A stretch of 57,851 bases of DNA from Chloroflexota bacterium (GTDB lineage Bacteria > Chloroflexota > Limnocylindria > QHBO01), in the NCBI GenBank assembly GCA_040002615.1, contig JBDUEE010000024.1, positions 1-57,851 of the forward strand, read 5' to 3'. The notes under the pieces are model-generated. The model was not told where the DNA came from and made no database searches. It was given only the letters and a program-made list of their open reading frames with translations. Positions within the stretch are counted from its first letter, which is position 1; each line of letters begins with the position of its first letter. Position numbers and translations under genes: made by a program. This document shows positions 44,736 to 52,299 of the stretch, piece by piece.

Positions 44736-46190
44736 CTAGGCATGGCCCGCTCGCCTCACGCCCGCCAGCTCCAGGACCAGGCGCGCGGCACGCTCAGTCG
44801 AGCGGCCGTCCAGCGAACCCAGGCGCTCGGGCAGCAGCGCCCGCGCGCGCGCCACGGCCTCCAGGTGGATAGCCGGGTCGAGCAACGAACGCGCGGCCTT
44901 TACGGCAGACGCCTCGTCGCCGGCCGCGATGGCCAGACCATCGGCCGCAAAGTCGACTGGTGACGTGCCTCGCGGCGCGACCGTGATCGACGGCACTCCG
45001 GCGATGGCCGCCTCGTACACGCTGTTCGACCAGCCGGTGACCATCGCCCATGCGCCGGTCAGCTCGCGGTGCAGCCCGTCCCCAGCCGCAACGCGTACCT
45101 CAACACCGGCTGGCGCGTCGACGTCCATGCGGAACGTCCGCGGGTCGGCCGGGTGCCGGACGATGACCAGCTCCGCCGGCGTGGCAGCGCCCGCAACGGC
45201 CATGGCCCTGCGGAGGCAGAGCGCCAGCAGCTGCGAGGTCATGGAGCCCGTCACGTATTGCGCCGCGTACACGACCCGCCGCCTGCGATCCGGCGACGCG
45301 CTGGTTGCGGAGGCCGCAAACAACGGGTCGAAACGGGGAGCCCCAATCTCAACGATGCGCTCCGCGCCAACCCCCGCCTCACCAAGCACGGCCGCGGCGC
45401 GGCTGCCGTACACCGCCATCCGGTCGTAGCCTGCGCCCTGGATGGCCCACGCGTCGGTGGCCTCGGCGTGCGGCAGGTCGAGGCTCGGAACATCGAAGCG
45501 GTGCGCCACCGCCGGCAGCAGCCGCGCCCAGGTGCCGATCTCGTCGAAGGCCACCAGCAGGCCCGGTCGCCAGCGGCGCACCAGCCCGCCGAGCGCAACC
45601 GCGCCGAGCGCGATGCGCCCCAGCTCAAGGCGGGCGACGGTCATCGTCTCTGCAGCACGCTGCTGCCCCACAACCTCACGCCAGCTGCGGCCCGCATTGC
45701 CCGCGCGTGCCAGGACGCGGGCCTGGAATGCCGCCAGCGCGGGGATGCCCCGCGGGTCAACCAGGCGCACCAGCCGCGGAGCCACCATTCCGTGCGGAGG
45801 TGCGCCAGCCGCTGCACGCCCAGTACGGACCATCGCCAGCGGCACCGACTCCCGCCGGAGCCGGTCGCGTAGCCGCTCGATCACCGGGTAGTGGGTCGGG
45901 TCGCGCACCAGGACCACGATCGGTGCCGGGCCGGCGATCGGCACCTGCCAGCTGCCCAGGCTGACCGCGGCGGCCGCTGCCAGCCGCGCAACTGCAACCG
46001 CTGCCTGCGGCGATCCGGCTCGCCGGGCGATGGCAGGCGCATCATCCCGCAGAGCGAAGAAAAGCTGTTGCTCCAGCGCGCCGGCGAGATCAATGCCATC
46101 GATGGAGAGCAGCGCCGGCTCGTCGTGCGCCGTGACCTCAACGAGCGCGTGTGCTTCGCTGCGCGCGATCTCCGGCGTTGCTGGGCTCAC
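44736..46190 (-). CDS. Hypothetical protein, possible GT-B-fold enzyme (candidate nonulosonic-acid transferase or PseG-like hydrolase)
   Basis: 484 aa. It is translationally coupled to neuA upstream by a 4-nt overlap and lies 13 nt upstream of the aminotransferase. I recognised no family signature. The C-terminal half has ELVIVRHPADP and TGWSNSVYEAAIAGVPSITV, reminiscent of GT-B nucleotide-binding loops. Confidence 0.5.
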   Translation of the reverse strand: MSPATPEIARSEAHALVEVTAHDEPALLSIDGIDLAGALEQQLFFALRDDAPAIARRAGSPQAAVAVARLAAAAAVSLGSWQVPIAGPAPIVVLVRDPTHYPVIERLRDRLRRESVPLAMVRTGRAAAGAPPHGMVAPRLVRLVDPRGIPALAAFQARVLARAGNAGRSWREVVGQQRAAETMTVARLELGRIALGAVALGGLVRRWRPGLLVAFDEIGTWARLLPAVAHRFDVPSLDLPHAEATDAWAIQGAGYDRMAVYGSRAAAVLGEAGVGAERIVEIGAPRFDPLFAASATSASPDRRRRVVYAAQYVTGSMTSQLLALCLRRAMAVAGAATPAELVIVRHPADPRTFRMDVDAPAGVEVRVAAGDGLHRELTGAWAMVTGWSNSVYEAAIAGVPSITVAPRGTSPVDFAADGLAIAAGDEASAVKAARSLLDPAIHLEAVARARALLPERLGSLDGRSTERAARLVLELAGVRRAGHA

Positions 46191-46864
46191 CGCCGGCGGA
46201 CGCGTGACAGTCGGCGAGCCTCGGCCAGGTCGGCGGCAGTGTCGACATCCAGTCCGGACGCCTCGTCCAGCACGAGCCCGGCCGGCCGATCGTCGAGCAG
46301 CCGGCCCTCGTCGAGCAGATCACGGCGGGTCACGTAGATGCCGCCGGTCAGGCGCACAGCCGGCGGCGACGCCTGCCGCCGCGCGTCGGTGCCGCGGTCG
46401 ACCAAACGGACGCGGCCATTGGCCAGCATGCCGATCACACGGATCGGCATGCCCAGCCGGCAGACGCTGACTGCGCTGCGCACCAACGGATCGCCGAGCA
46501 GCGCGATCGCCGCGTCGATCTGCTCGGCGGTGCGCAGCGGCGCAGTCGGCTGCAGGGTGACCACCAGCTCGAACCGCTCCCCATGTGCCTCCGCCTGCTG
46601 CACCGCATGCTGAATCGCCGGCACGGTCGGTGAATCATCCTGCGCCAGCTCGCCCGGACGGGACAGCACCTCGACCCCGGCTCGCCGGGCGACGCGGGCA
46701 ACCGCCGCGTCGTTGGTGGAGACCACGACGCGATCGACGCTGCCGGCCGCCAGACCGGCGCGGATGGTGTGCACGATCATCGGGCTGCCGCCAACCAGCA
46801 GCAGATGCTTGCCGGGCAGGCCCCGCGAACCGGCCCGGGCCGGAATGACCGCCAGGGTTGACAC
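46187..46864 (-). CDS. neuA: CMP-nonulosonic acid synthetase (acylneuraminate cytidylyltransferase family, NeuA/LegF)
   Basis: 225 aa with a GTG start. The signature LAVIPARAGSRGLPGKHL is at the N-terminus. Confidence 0.85.
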   Translation of the reverse strand: MSTLAVIPARAGSRGLPGKHLLLVGGSPMIVHTIRAGLAAGSVDRVVVSTNDAAVARVARRAGVEVLSRPGELAQDDSPTVPAIQHAVQQAEAHGERFELVVTLQPTAPLRTAEQIDAAIALLGDPLVRSAVSVCRLGMPIRVIGMLANGRVRLVDRGTDARRQASPPAVRLTGGIYVTRRDLLDEGRLLDDRPAGLVLDEASGLDVDTAADLAEARRLSRVRRR

Positions 46865-46904
46865 GCCAGCATTCTAGGGTCGCTTCGCCTGCATACTCGC
46901 CGGC

Positions 46905-48377
46905 GTGAGCCCGAACATGGCCCGCAGTCCCGGAGCCGCCACCTGGCCCGCCGGCCTGGCGGTGGCGCTGACGCTGGCGGCCGTCGTCGGTGCGCAGCTG
47001 GCTCCTGCGCTCTTCTTCGCCGCTGGCGTGCTCCTGCTGGGCATGCTCGCCTATCTTTCCTGGCACTGGCCGCGTGCCATGCTCGTCCTGCTCATCCTGG
47101 CTCCCCTGCTCGATCGGTTCCTGATCAGCCTGGGAATTCCGGCTGGCCTGCGGCCGGCGACGACGTATGCCAGCGAGGCGCTGCTCCTTGTGGTTGGGGT
47201 GGCGGTGACGGTCGCTGCCGCGCGCTCGCGGCAGTTGATCCCGGCCTTGCGACATCCGGTCGTCGCCGGCCTGTGCGCGTTCGCGGTGATCGGGGCCGCG
47301 TCGGCCGTCCTGAACGGCGTGCCGCCGGCCGTGGCGGTGGCAGGCCTCGTCTTCACCCTCGACGCGGCGGTGCTCTTTGTGCTGCCTCGCCTCGTGCCCT
47401 TCGGCAACCGCGAGGCCGCCTGGGCAGTGATGGCGTTCGTGGGCGCGGCGGCAGCGGCCGCGCTGCTGGCCATGGGCCAGGTTCTCATCCATCCCAATTT
47501 CCTGGGCCTGGAGACCTTCGCCGGCCGCTTCAGCGAGGGTCAACGGGTGGCGTCGCTGCTGGTCAGCCCGAACCTGCTGGGCCTTCTGCTGGCGATGGCG
47601 CTGCCGTTCTCGCTGCTCGCCTGCCTGGAGACGGCCGGTCGCAGGCGATGGGTGGCGGGAGGCGTGGCGCTCCTGCTGTCGCTGGCCCTGCTCTACACCT
47701 TCTCACGTGGCGCCTGGCTGGCGCTTGTGCTGGCAACGGTGGTCGTCAGTGTCGTTGTCGAGCGCCGCGCGATCGCCCTGTTGGCCCTGATCGGCCTGCT
47801 GACCTTCGCCATCGCGCTGGTACTACCGCGTCACCTTGCTGACCCTCAACGAGGTGAAGAGCGGTTCGACCTGATCGCTGCCACGCTGGGGCGTCTCGAG
47901 GCACTCGGCGAGGGTGACCTGCGCGTGCAGTTCGTGGAGAACGCCACGCCGATCATCCTCGACCACCCGCTGATCGGCGCCGGGCCCGGCCGCTATGGCG
48001 GCGCGGTCGCGCGCACCTTCGGCTCACCGCTCTACCAGCAGTACACCGCCGGAACCGTTCCGGTCGGGCGAACGGTCGACAACTTCTGGCTGCATCTGTT
48101 GGTTGAGACTGGGGCCTTCGGCGTGCTGGCCTTCGCCGGAGCGATCGCGATCGGCGTAGCCGATGCGCTGCGAGCTGCTTCGAAATCGGCAGGATTGCGG
48201 CGCGCGTTGCTGGCGGGCATTGCCGCGGCGATGACCGTGGTGGCCATCGACTCGATCACGGAGATGGTGCTGGAGGGCAACAGCACAGCCTTCGCCGCAT
48301 GGTTCCTGCTGGGAATGGCGACGAGCCTGGTAGGGACTGCCGCAGATCGGGCGCCGGACGCGCCCGACGCTCAGTAG
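46905..48377 (+). CDS. O-antigen ligase / Wzy_C-domain polytopic membrane protein
   Basis: 490 aa with about 11 hydrophobic segments. It has the LLYTFSRGAWLALVLATVVV motif followed by a large loop characteristic of the Wzy_C/O-antigen ligase domain. Confidence 0.7.
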   Translation: MSPNMARSPGAATWPAGLAVALTLAAVVGAQLAPALFFAAGVLLLGMLAYLSWHWPRAMLVLLILAPLLDRFLISLGIPAGLRPATTYASEALLLVVGVAVTVAAARSRQLIPALRHPVVAGLCAFAVIGAASAVLNGVPPAVAVAGLVFTLDAAVLFVLPRLVPFGNREAAWAVMAFVGAAAAAALLAMGQVLIHPNFLGLETFAGRFSEGQRVASLLVSPNLLGLLLAMALPFSLLACLETAGRRRWVAGGVALLLSLALLYTFSRGAWLALVLATVVVSVVVERRAIALLALIGLLTFAIALVLPRHLADPQRGEERFDLIAATLGRLEALGEGDLRVQFVENATPIILDHPLIGAGPGRYGGAVARTFGSPLYQQYTAGTVPVGRTVDNFWLHLLVETGAFGVLAFAGAIAIGVADALRAASKSAGLRRALLAGIAAAMTVVAIDSITEMVLEGNSTAFAAWFLLGMATSLVGTAADRAPDAPDAQ

Positions 48378-48426
48378 GCTCCTCGCCCGCTGATGACCGC
48401 GCCGATGGTGCGCCGCAGGATGGCGA

Positions 48427-49791
48427 TCAGAACGCCTCGAGGTAGCGCTCGACCTCCCATGCCGTGACCTGCATGCGGTACTCGTCCCACTCTTCTGTCT
48501 TGGCCTCAACGAAGCGCTCGAACACGTGCTCTCCGAGCGCCTCGGCGATGACCTTGTCGCCCTGGAGCTCGTCGAGCGCCTCGCGCAGAGTGCCCGGCAG
48601 CTGACGGATCTTCCGACTGGCGAGCTTGGCGGCGTCGAAATGGTAGAGGTTCTCTTCGACGGGCTCGGGCGGGGTCAGCTTGCGCTCGATCCCATCGAGG
48701 CCCGAGGCGAGCATGCAGGCGAAGGCAAGATACGGGTTGGTGGAGGGGTCCGGGCAGCGCAGCTCGATGCGGGTCGAATTGAGCTGCCCATGGCTGATCT
48801 GAGGAATCCGGACCAGCGCTGAGCGGTTGATTCGTGCCCAGCCGATGTACACCGGCGCCTCGTAGCCCGGCACCAGCCGCTTGTAGCTGTTCACCAGCGG
48901 CGCCAGCACGGCGATCATGCCGCGCGCGTGCTCCAGCGTTCCGGCGATGTAGCTGCGTGCGGTGTCGGAGAGCCCGTAGTCGTCCTTCGCATCGGCGAAT
49001 GCGTTCTTGCCCTTCTTGATGTCCCACAGGCTCTGGTGGGTGTGCATCCCCGATCCGTTGATGCCGAAGAACGGCTTGGGCATGAAGGTGGCGTACAGCC
49101 CCTGCCGCGCCGCCACTGCCTTGAGCGTGGTCTTGAACGTGACGGCGTTGTCGGCCGTGCGCAGCGCGTCGGCGTACTCGAAATCGATCTCGTGCTGGCC
49201 GGTGGCCACCTCGTGGTGCGCCGTCTCGACCTTGATACCGAATGCCTCGAGGTCGTTCATCATCTCCTTGCGGACCTCCGTGCCAAGGTCCTCGGACAGG
49301 TCGAAGTAGCCGGCCGCATCGTGTGGAAGAGTCTCGACATCAGTTTCGCTGCGACGCAGGAGGAAGAACTCGAGCTCAGGTCCGGTGTTCAGGACATAGC
49401 CAGCCTTCTTCGCCTTATCCAATTGGCGGCGCAGGACCCAGCGCGGGTCCCCGGGGAAGGGATCGCCATTCGGCGTGAAGACGTCGCAGATGACCCGCGC
49501 CGCGCCGGTTGCGCGTTCACGTCCCTCGGCATCGTGGCCCGGTTCCCAGGGGATCGGCGCAAACGTGGCGAGGTCTGGCACCAGGAACATGTCGGACTCG
49601 GCGATGCGTGCGAAGCCCTCGATGCTGCTGCCGTCGAACCACTTTCCATGCTCCACCGCCTCCTCCAGCTGGTGCATCGGCACCTGGACCGATTTCACCT
49701 GCCCGACGATGTCGGTGAACTGCAGACTCACGAACCGCAGGTTGCGCTCCTCGGCCAGCTTGAGGGCGGCAGACAGCTCCTTGGATGGCAT
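48427..49791 (-). CDS. glnA: Glutamine synthetase, type I
   Basis: 454 aa. Motifs FDGSSIEGFARI, KPFFGINGSGMHTHQSLW and NSYKRLVPGYEAP. A GGAAGGAG RBS lies upstream of the ATG. Confidence 0.9.
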   Translation of the reverse strand: MPSKELSAALKLAEERNLRFVSLQFTDIVGQVKSVQVPMHQLEEAVEHGKWFDGSSIEGFARIAESDMFLVPDLATFAPIPWEPGHDAEGRERATGAARVICDVFTPNGDPFPGDPRWVLRRQLDKAKKAGYVLNTGPELEFFLLRRSETDVETLPHDAAGYFDLSEDLGTEVRKEMMNDLEAFGIKVETAHHEVATGQHEIDFEYADALRTADNAVTFKTTLKAVAARQGLYATFMPKPFFGINGSGMHTHQSLWDIKKGKNAFADAKDDYGLSDTARSYIAGTLEHARGMIAVLAPLVNSYKRLVPGYEAPVYIGWARINRSALVRIPQISHGQLNSTRIELRCPDPSTNPYLAFACMLASGLDGIERKLTPPEPVEENLYHFDAAKLASRKIRQLPGTLREALDELQGDKVIAEALGEHVFERFVEAKTEEWDEYRMQVTAWEVERYLEAF

Positions 49792-49900
49792 GCGGTGACC
49801 AGCTCCTTCCCGGTTGGGAACTTGTTTTGGGGACTCGGATCAGGCTACTGTTTTTCGCGTTCGGCGCGGGCTGCTGCGACCCAGCCGACGAGCAGACTTG

Positions 49901-49917
49901 TTGTGCAATCTGCACAA
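49901..49917. promoter_or_regulatory. Perfect inverted repeat TTGTGCA-ATC-TGCACAA, candidate operator upstream of glnA
   Basis: This 17-bp palindrome lies 110-126 nt upstream of the glnA start codon, in the 154-bp gap between the PucR-type regulator gene and glnA. It stands out as AT-richer than its surroundings. Confidence 0.3.
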
Positions 49918-49945
49918 TTCTCCCCATCAAGCCGTGAGCCGATTG

Positions 49946-51031
49946 TCATCGCTCGCCGTCGATGCTGAGCCGCTGCCGACTGGCCGGATGATCTGGCTTG
50001 TGGCGCGTGGCGGCATCAGCCTCCGCCAGGATGCGAAGCGCATCGGCTGGGCGGCGCGGGTCGAGACCTCGCTCAGAGGCCGCCCGGCGCAGCCGGTAAA
50101 GGACGGTGTTGCGGTGGACGCCAAGCTGTCGGGCGGCGGGTGCAACGCGCCCGTTGGAGCGGGCAACCGCCAGGAGCGTCGCATCCAGCGAATCAACGGC
50201 GCTCGCAGGCGAGTCAGCCGAAAGGCGCTTGAGCGACGGTCCGCCGGGTACCGCGGCTGACCGGGAGGGCGAAGGGCGACGCAGCAGGGCGCGGGCCGTG
50301 ACGGTCAGCGCGTCCGCCGCCACTTCGTCGGCAGCCGCCAGCGGCAGGTCGTCGAATATCCAGGCCGACGCCCCCGGTCGAATTCGGCGCTCCACCAGCC
50401 AGAGCCCCTCCCGGGCCTGCAGGGCTCCGTCGCGCCGCCCGTTGGTGGGGGTCGCCAGCAACCTCGCATGCAGGGCGGCGAAGCGCGCGGCCAGGGCCCG
50501 ACCGGCGGTACGTGGATGGAGGGCGCGCAGCTCGCCGTCGACCGTGATGGCGACACCCCTCCCGATGCGAGCCGCGATCAGCCCGGCCGGGGTCGCAAGC
50601 TGCGGATCGGCCAGCGCAGCCTCGGCACATGCCAGGCGCAGGTCGGTCGACAGCTGTCCCAATGCAGCCGACTCGTTTACCAGGTACTCAGCCGCCTCCG
50701 CCGCCAGCTGGCTTGCCCCGCGACGGCTGGCAAGCACGGGCAATGGATCATCAGCAGCCTCCGGCATCGCCCCATCGGGGCCGGCGAGAAACAACGCCAC
50801 CGGGCTGAGCTGGGCGTCACGCAGGGAAGAGAGCAGGTCGGCCAGCGACGGCACGCGGACCACCGCGCGATCGACCACGAGCAGCGTGCCGTCTGCCGGT
50901 TCCGGCAAATGCGGAGCTACCGCACGAGTCCGCTGTACGGTGCGTATCGGGCGCGACAGGTCCCGCGCCGAGCCGGAGATCAGCCGTGCTTCCGGGTCGA
51001 CGGCGCGCCACAGGTCGACAGCACTGGTCAC
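49946..51031 (-). CDS. PucR-family transcriptional regulator
   Basis: 361 aa. C-terminal HTH AARQLGVHRNTVLYRLRRA. The N-terminal region resembles a PucR/purine-catabolism regulatory domain. Confidence 0.75.
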   Translation of the reverse strand: MTSAVDLWRAVDPEARLISGSARDLSRPIRTVQRTRAVAPHLPEPADGTLLVVDRAVVRVPSLADLLSSLRDAQLSPVALFLAGPDGAMPEAADDPLPVLASRRGASQLAAEAAEYLVNESAALGQLSTDLRLACAEAALADPQLATPAGLIAARIGRGVAITVDGELRALHPRTAGRALAARFAALHARLLATPTNGRRDGALQAREGLWLVERRIRPGASAWIFDDLPLAAADEVAADALTVTARALLRRPSPSRSAAVPGGPSLKRLSADSPASAVDSLDATLLAVARSNGRVAPAARQLGVHRNTVLYRLRRAASERGLDPRRPADALRILAEADAATRHKPDHPASRQRLSIDGER

Positions 51032-51061
51032 GGGCCGCTGGATCGGTCCATCGGCCGCTCG

Positions 51062-52240
51062 TCAGGAATCTTCGGCAGCTGCGGCCAGGTCGGCGATCAG
51101 GTCATCGGGATCCTCCAGGCCGATCGAGATACGGACCATGCCGGGCGTCAGACCTGCCTGGGCAAGCTCCTCCTCGCTGAGCTGCCGGTGCGACGATGAC
51201 GCCGGGTGGCTGCACAGGGTCTCGGCGCTGCCCAGGCTCGTGGCGTGCACGGCAATTTCCAGGCGATCCAGGAAGCGCTCGCCTGCGGGGCGCCCGCCGG
51301 TCAGGTCGATGCTCATCATTCCCCCGGCCATACCGTCGCGCAGCGTGCGCTGTGCAAGCTCGTGCTGCGGATGCGACGCCAGGCCTGGGTAGTGCACGCG
51401 GGCGATGCCGCGCGATCCTTCCAGCGCACAGGCCACGGCCAGTGCGTTTGCCGAGTGCCTCTCCATGCGCAGCGCAAGGGTCTTGAGGCCGCGCAGGGCA
51501 AGGAAGGCCTCGAGCGGCGCCGCATTGCCGCCGGCGTTGATCACGATTCGTCGCGCGGCGCCCACCCGCTCCGCATTGCCCAGCAGCGCGCCACCGGTGA
51601 TGTCTGAATGGCCGCCGACATACTTGGTCGTCGAATGCACCACCAGATCGGCGCCGAGCGCCAGTGGGTTGGCCAGGTACGGCGAGGCGAAGGTGTTGTC
51701 GACCGCCACGACGACCCCACGGCGGTGAGCCATCTCCGAGAGTCCAGCGACGTCGCCCATGGCGGTGGTCGGGTTGCTGATCGTCTCGAGCCAGAGCAGG
51801 CGGGTCCGATCGCCGATGGCTGCCTCGACCGCCGACATATCGGTCGTGTCAACCGCGCGGACGTCGATGGCGGAGCGCGTCAGGATTGCCTGGGCCAGCC
51901 CGACCACGCCACCGTAGACCGCGCGCGGGATGATGACCTCGTCGCCAGCGCGGGCGGTTGACAGGATGACCGCGTGGATGGCCGCCATGCCCGATCCGGT
52001 GATGTGACAGGCTTCGGCGCCCTCCAGCTCGGCCAGCGCCAGCTCAAGCGCGGCGTGGGTCGGGTTCGAGTAGCGGCTGTACGAATGGCCCGGGCGCGAG
52101 AAGTCGAGCAGCTCTGCCAGCTCCTGCGCGCTGGACACCTCGAATGTGCTGGTCTGGTAGATGGGGACGTTGATCGGGGGCTGCGGTGCGGGCGGGACGC
52201 GGCTGGCCGCACGAATGGCACGGGTCGAGAAGCCGGGCAT
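51062..52240 (-). CDS. Cys/Met-metabolism PLP-dependent enzyme (cystathionine gamma-synthase/lyase or O-acylhomoserine sulfhydrylase family)
   Basis: 392 aa. Motifs PIYQTSTFEV, YSRYSNPT and VVHSTTKYVGGHSD (PLP lysine). Confidence 0.85.
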   Translation of the reverse strand: MPGFSTRAIRAASRVPPAPQPPINVPIYQTSTFEVSSAQELAELLDFSRPGHSYSRYSNPTHAALELALAELEGAEACHITGSGMAAIHAVILSTARAGDEVIIPRAVYGGVVGLAQAILTRSAIDVRAVDTTDMSAVEAAIGDRTRLLWLETISNPTTAMGDVAGLSEMAHRRGVVVAVDNTFASPYLANPLALGADLVVHSTTKYVGGHSDITGGALLGNAERVGAARRIVINAGGNAAPLEAFLALRGLKTLALRMERHSANALAVACALEGSRGIARVHYPGLASHPQHELAQRTLRDGMAGGMMSIDLTGGRPAGERFLDRLEIAVHATSLGSAETLCSHPASSSHRQLSEEELAQAGLTPGMVRISIGLEDPDDLIADLAAAAEDS

Positions 52241-52299
52241 GACCGCGCGAGTCTAGCAGGGCGTCCGCAGGCGGCCAGCGGGCGGGCTTCTCGGCTAGG

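Noticed and set aside
48378-48426. I looked for intrinsic terminators (GC hairpin plus T-tract) at convergent gene ends such as 48378-48426, 9048-9052 and the overlapping junctions.
   Set aside because: I could identify no hairpin followed by a T-run. Most convergent pairs are separated by 5 nt or fewer or overlap. I therefore annotated no terminator feature.
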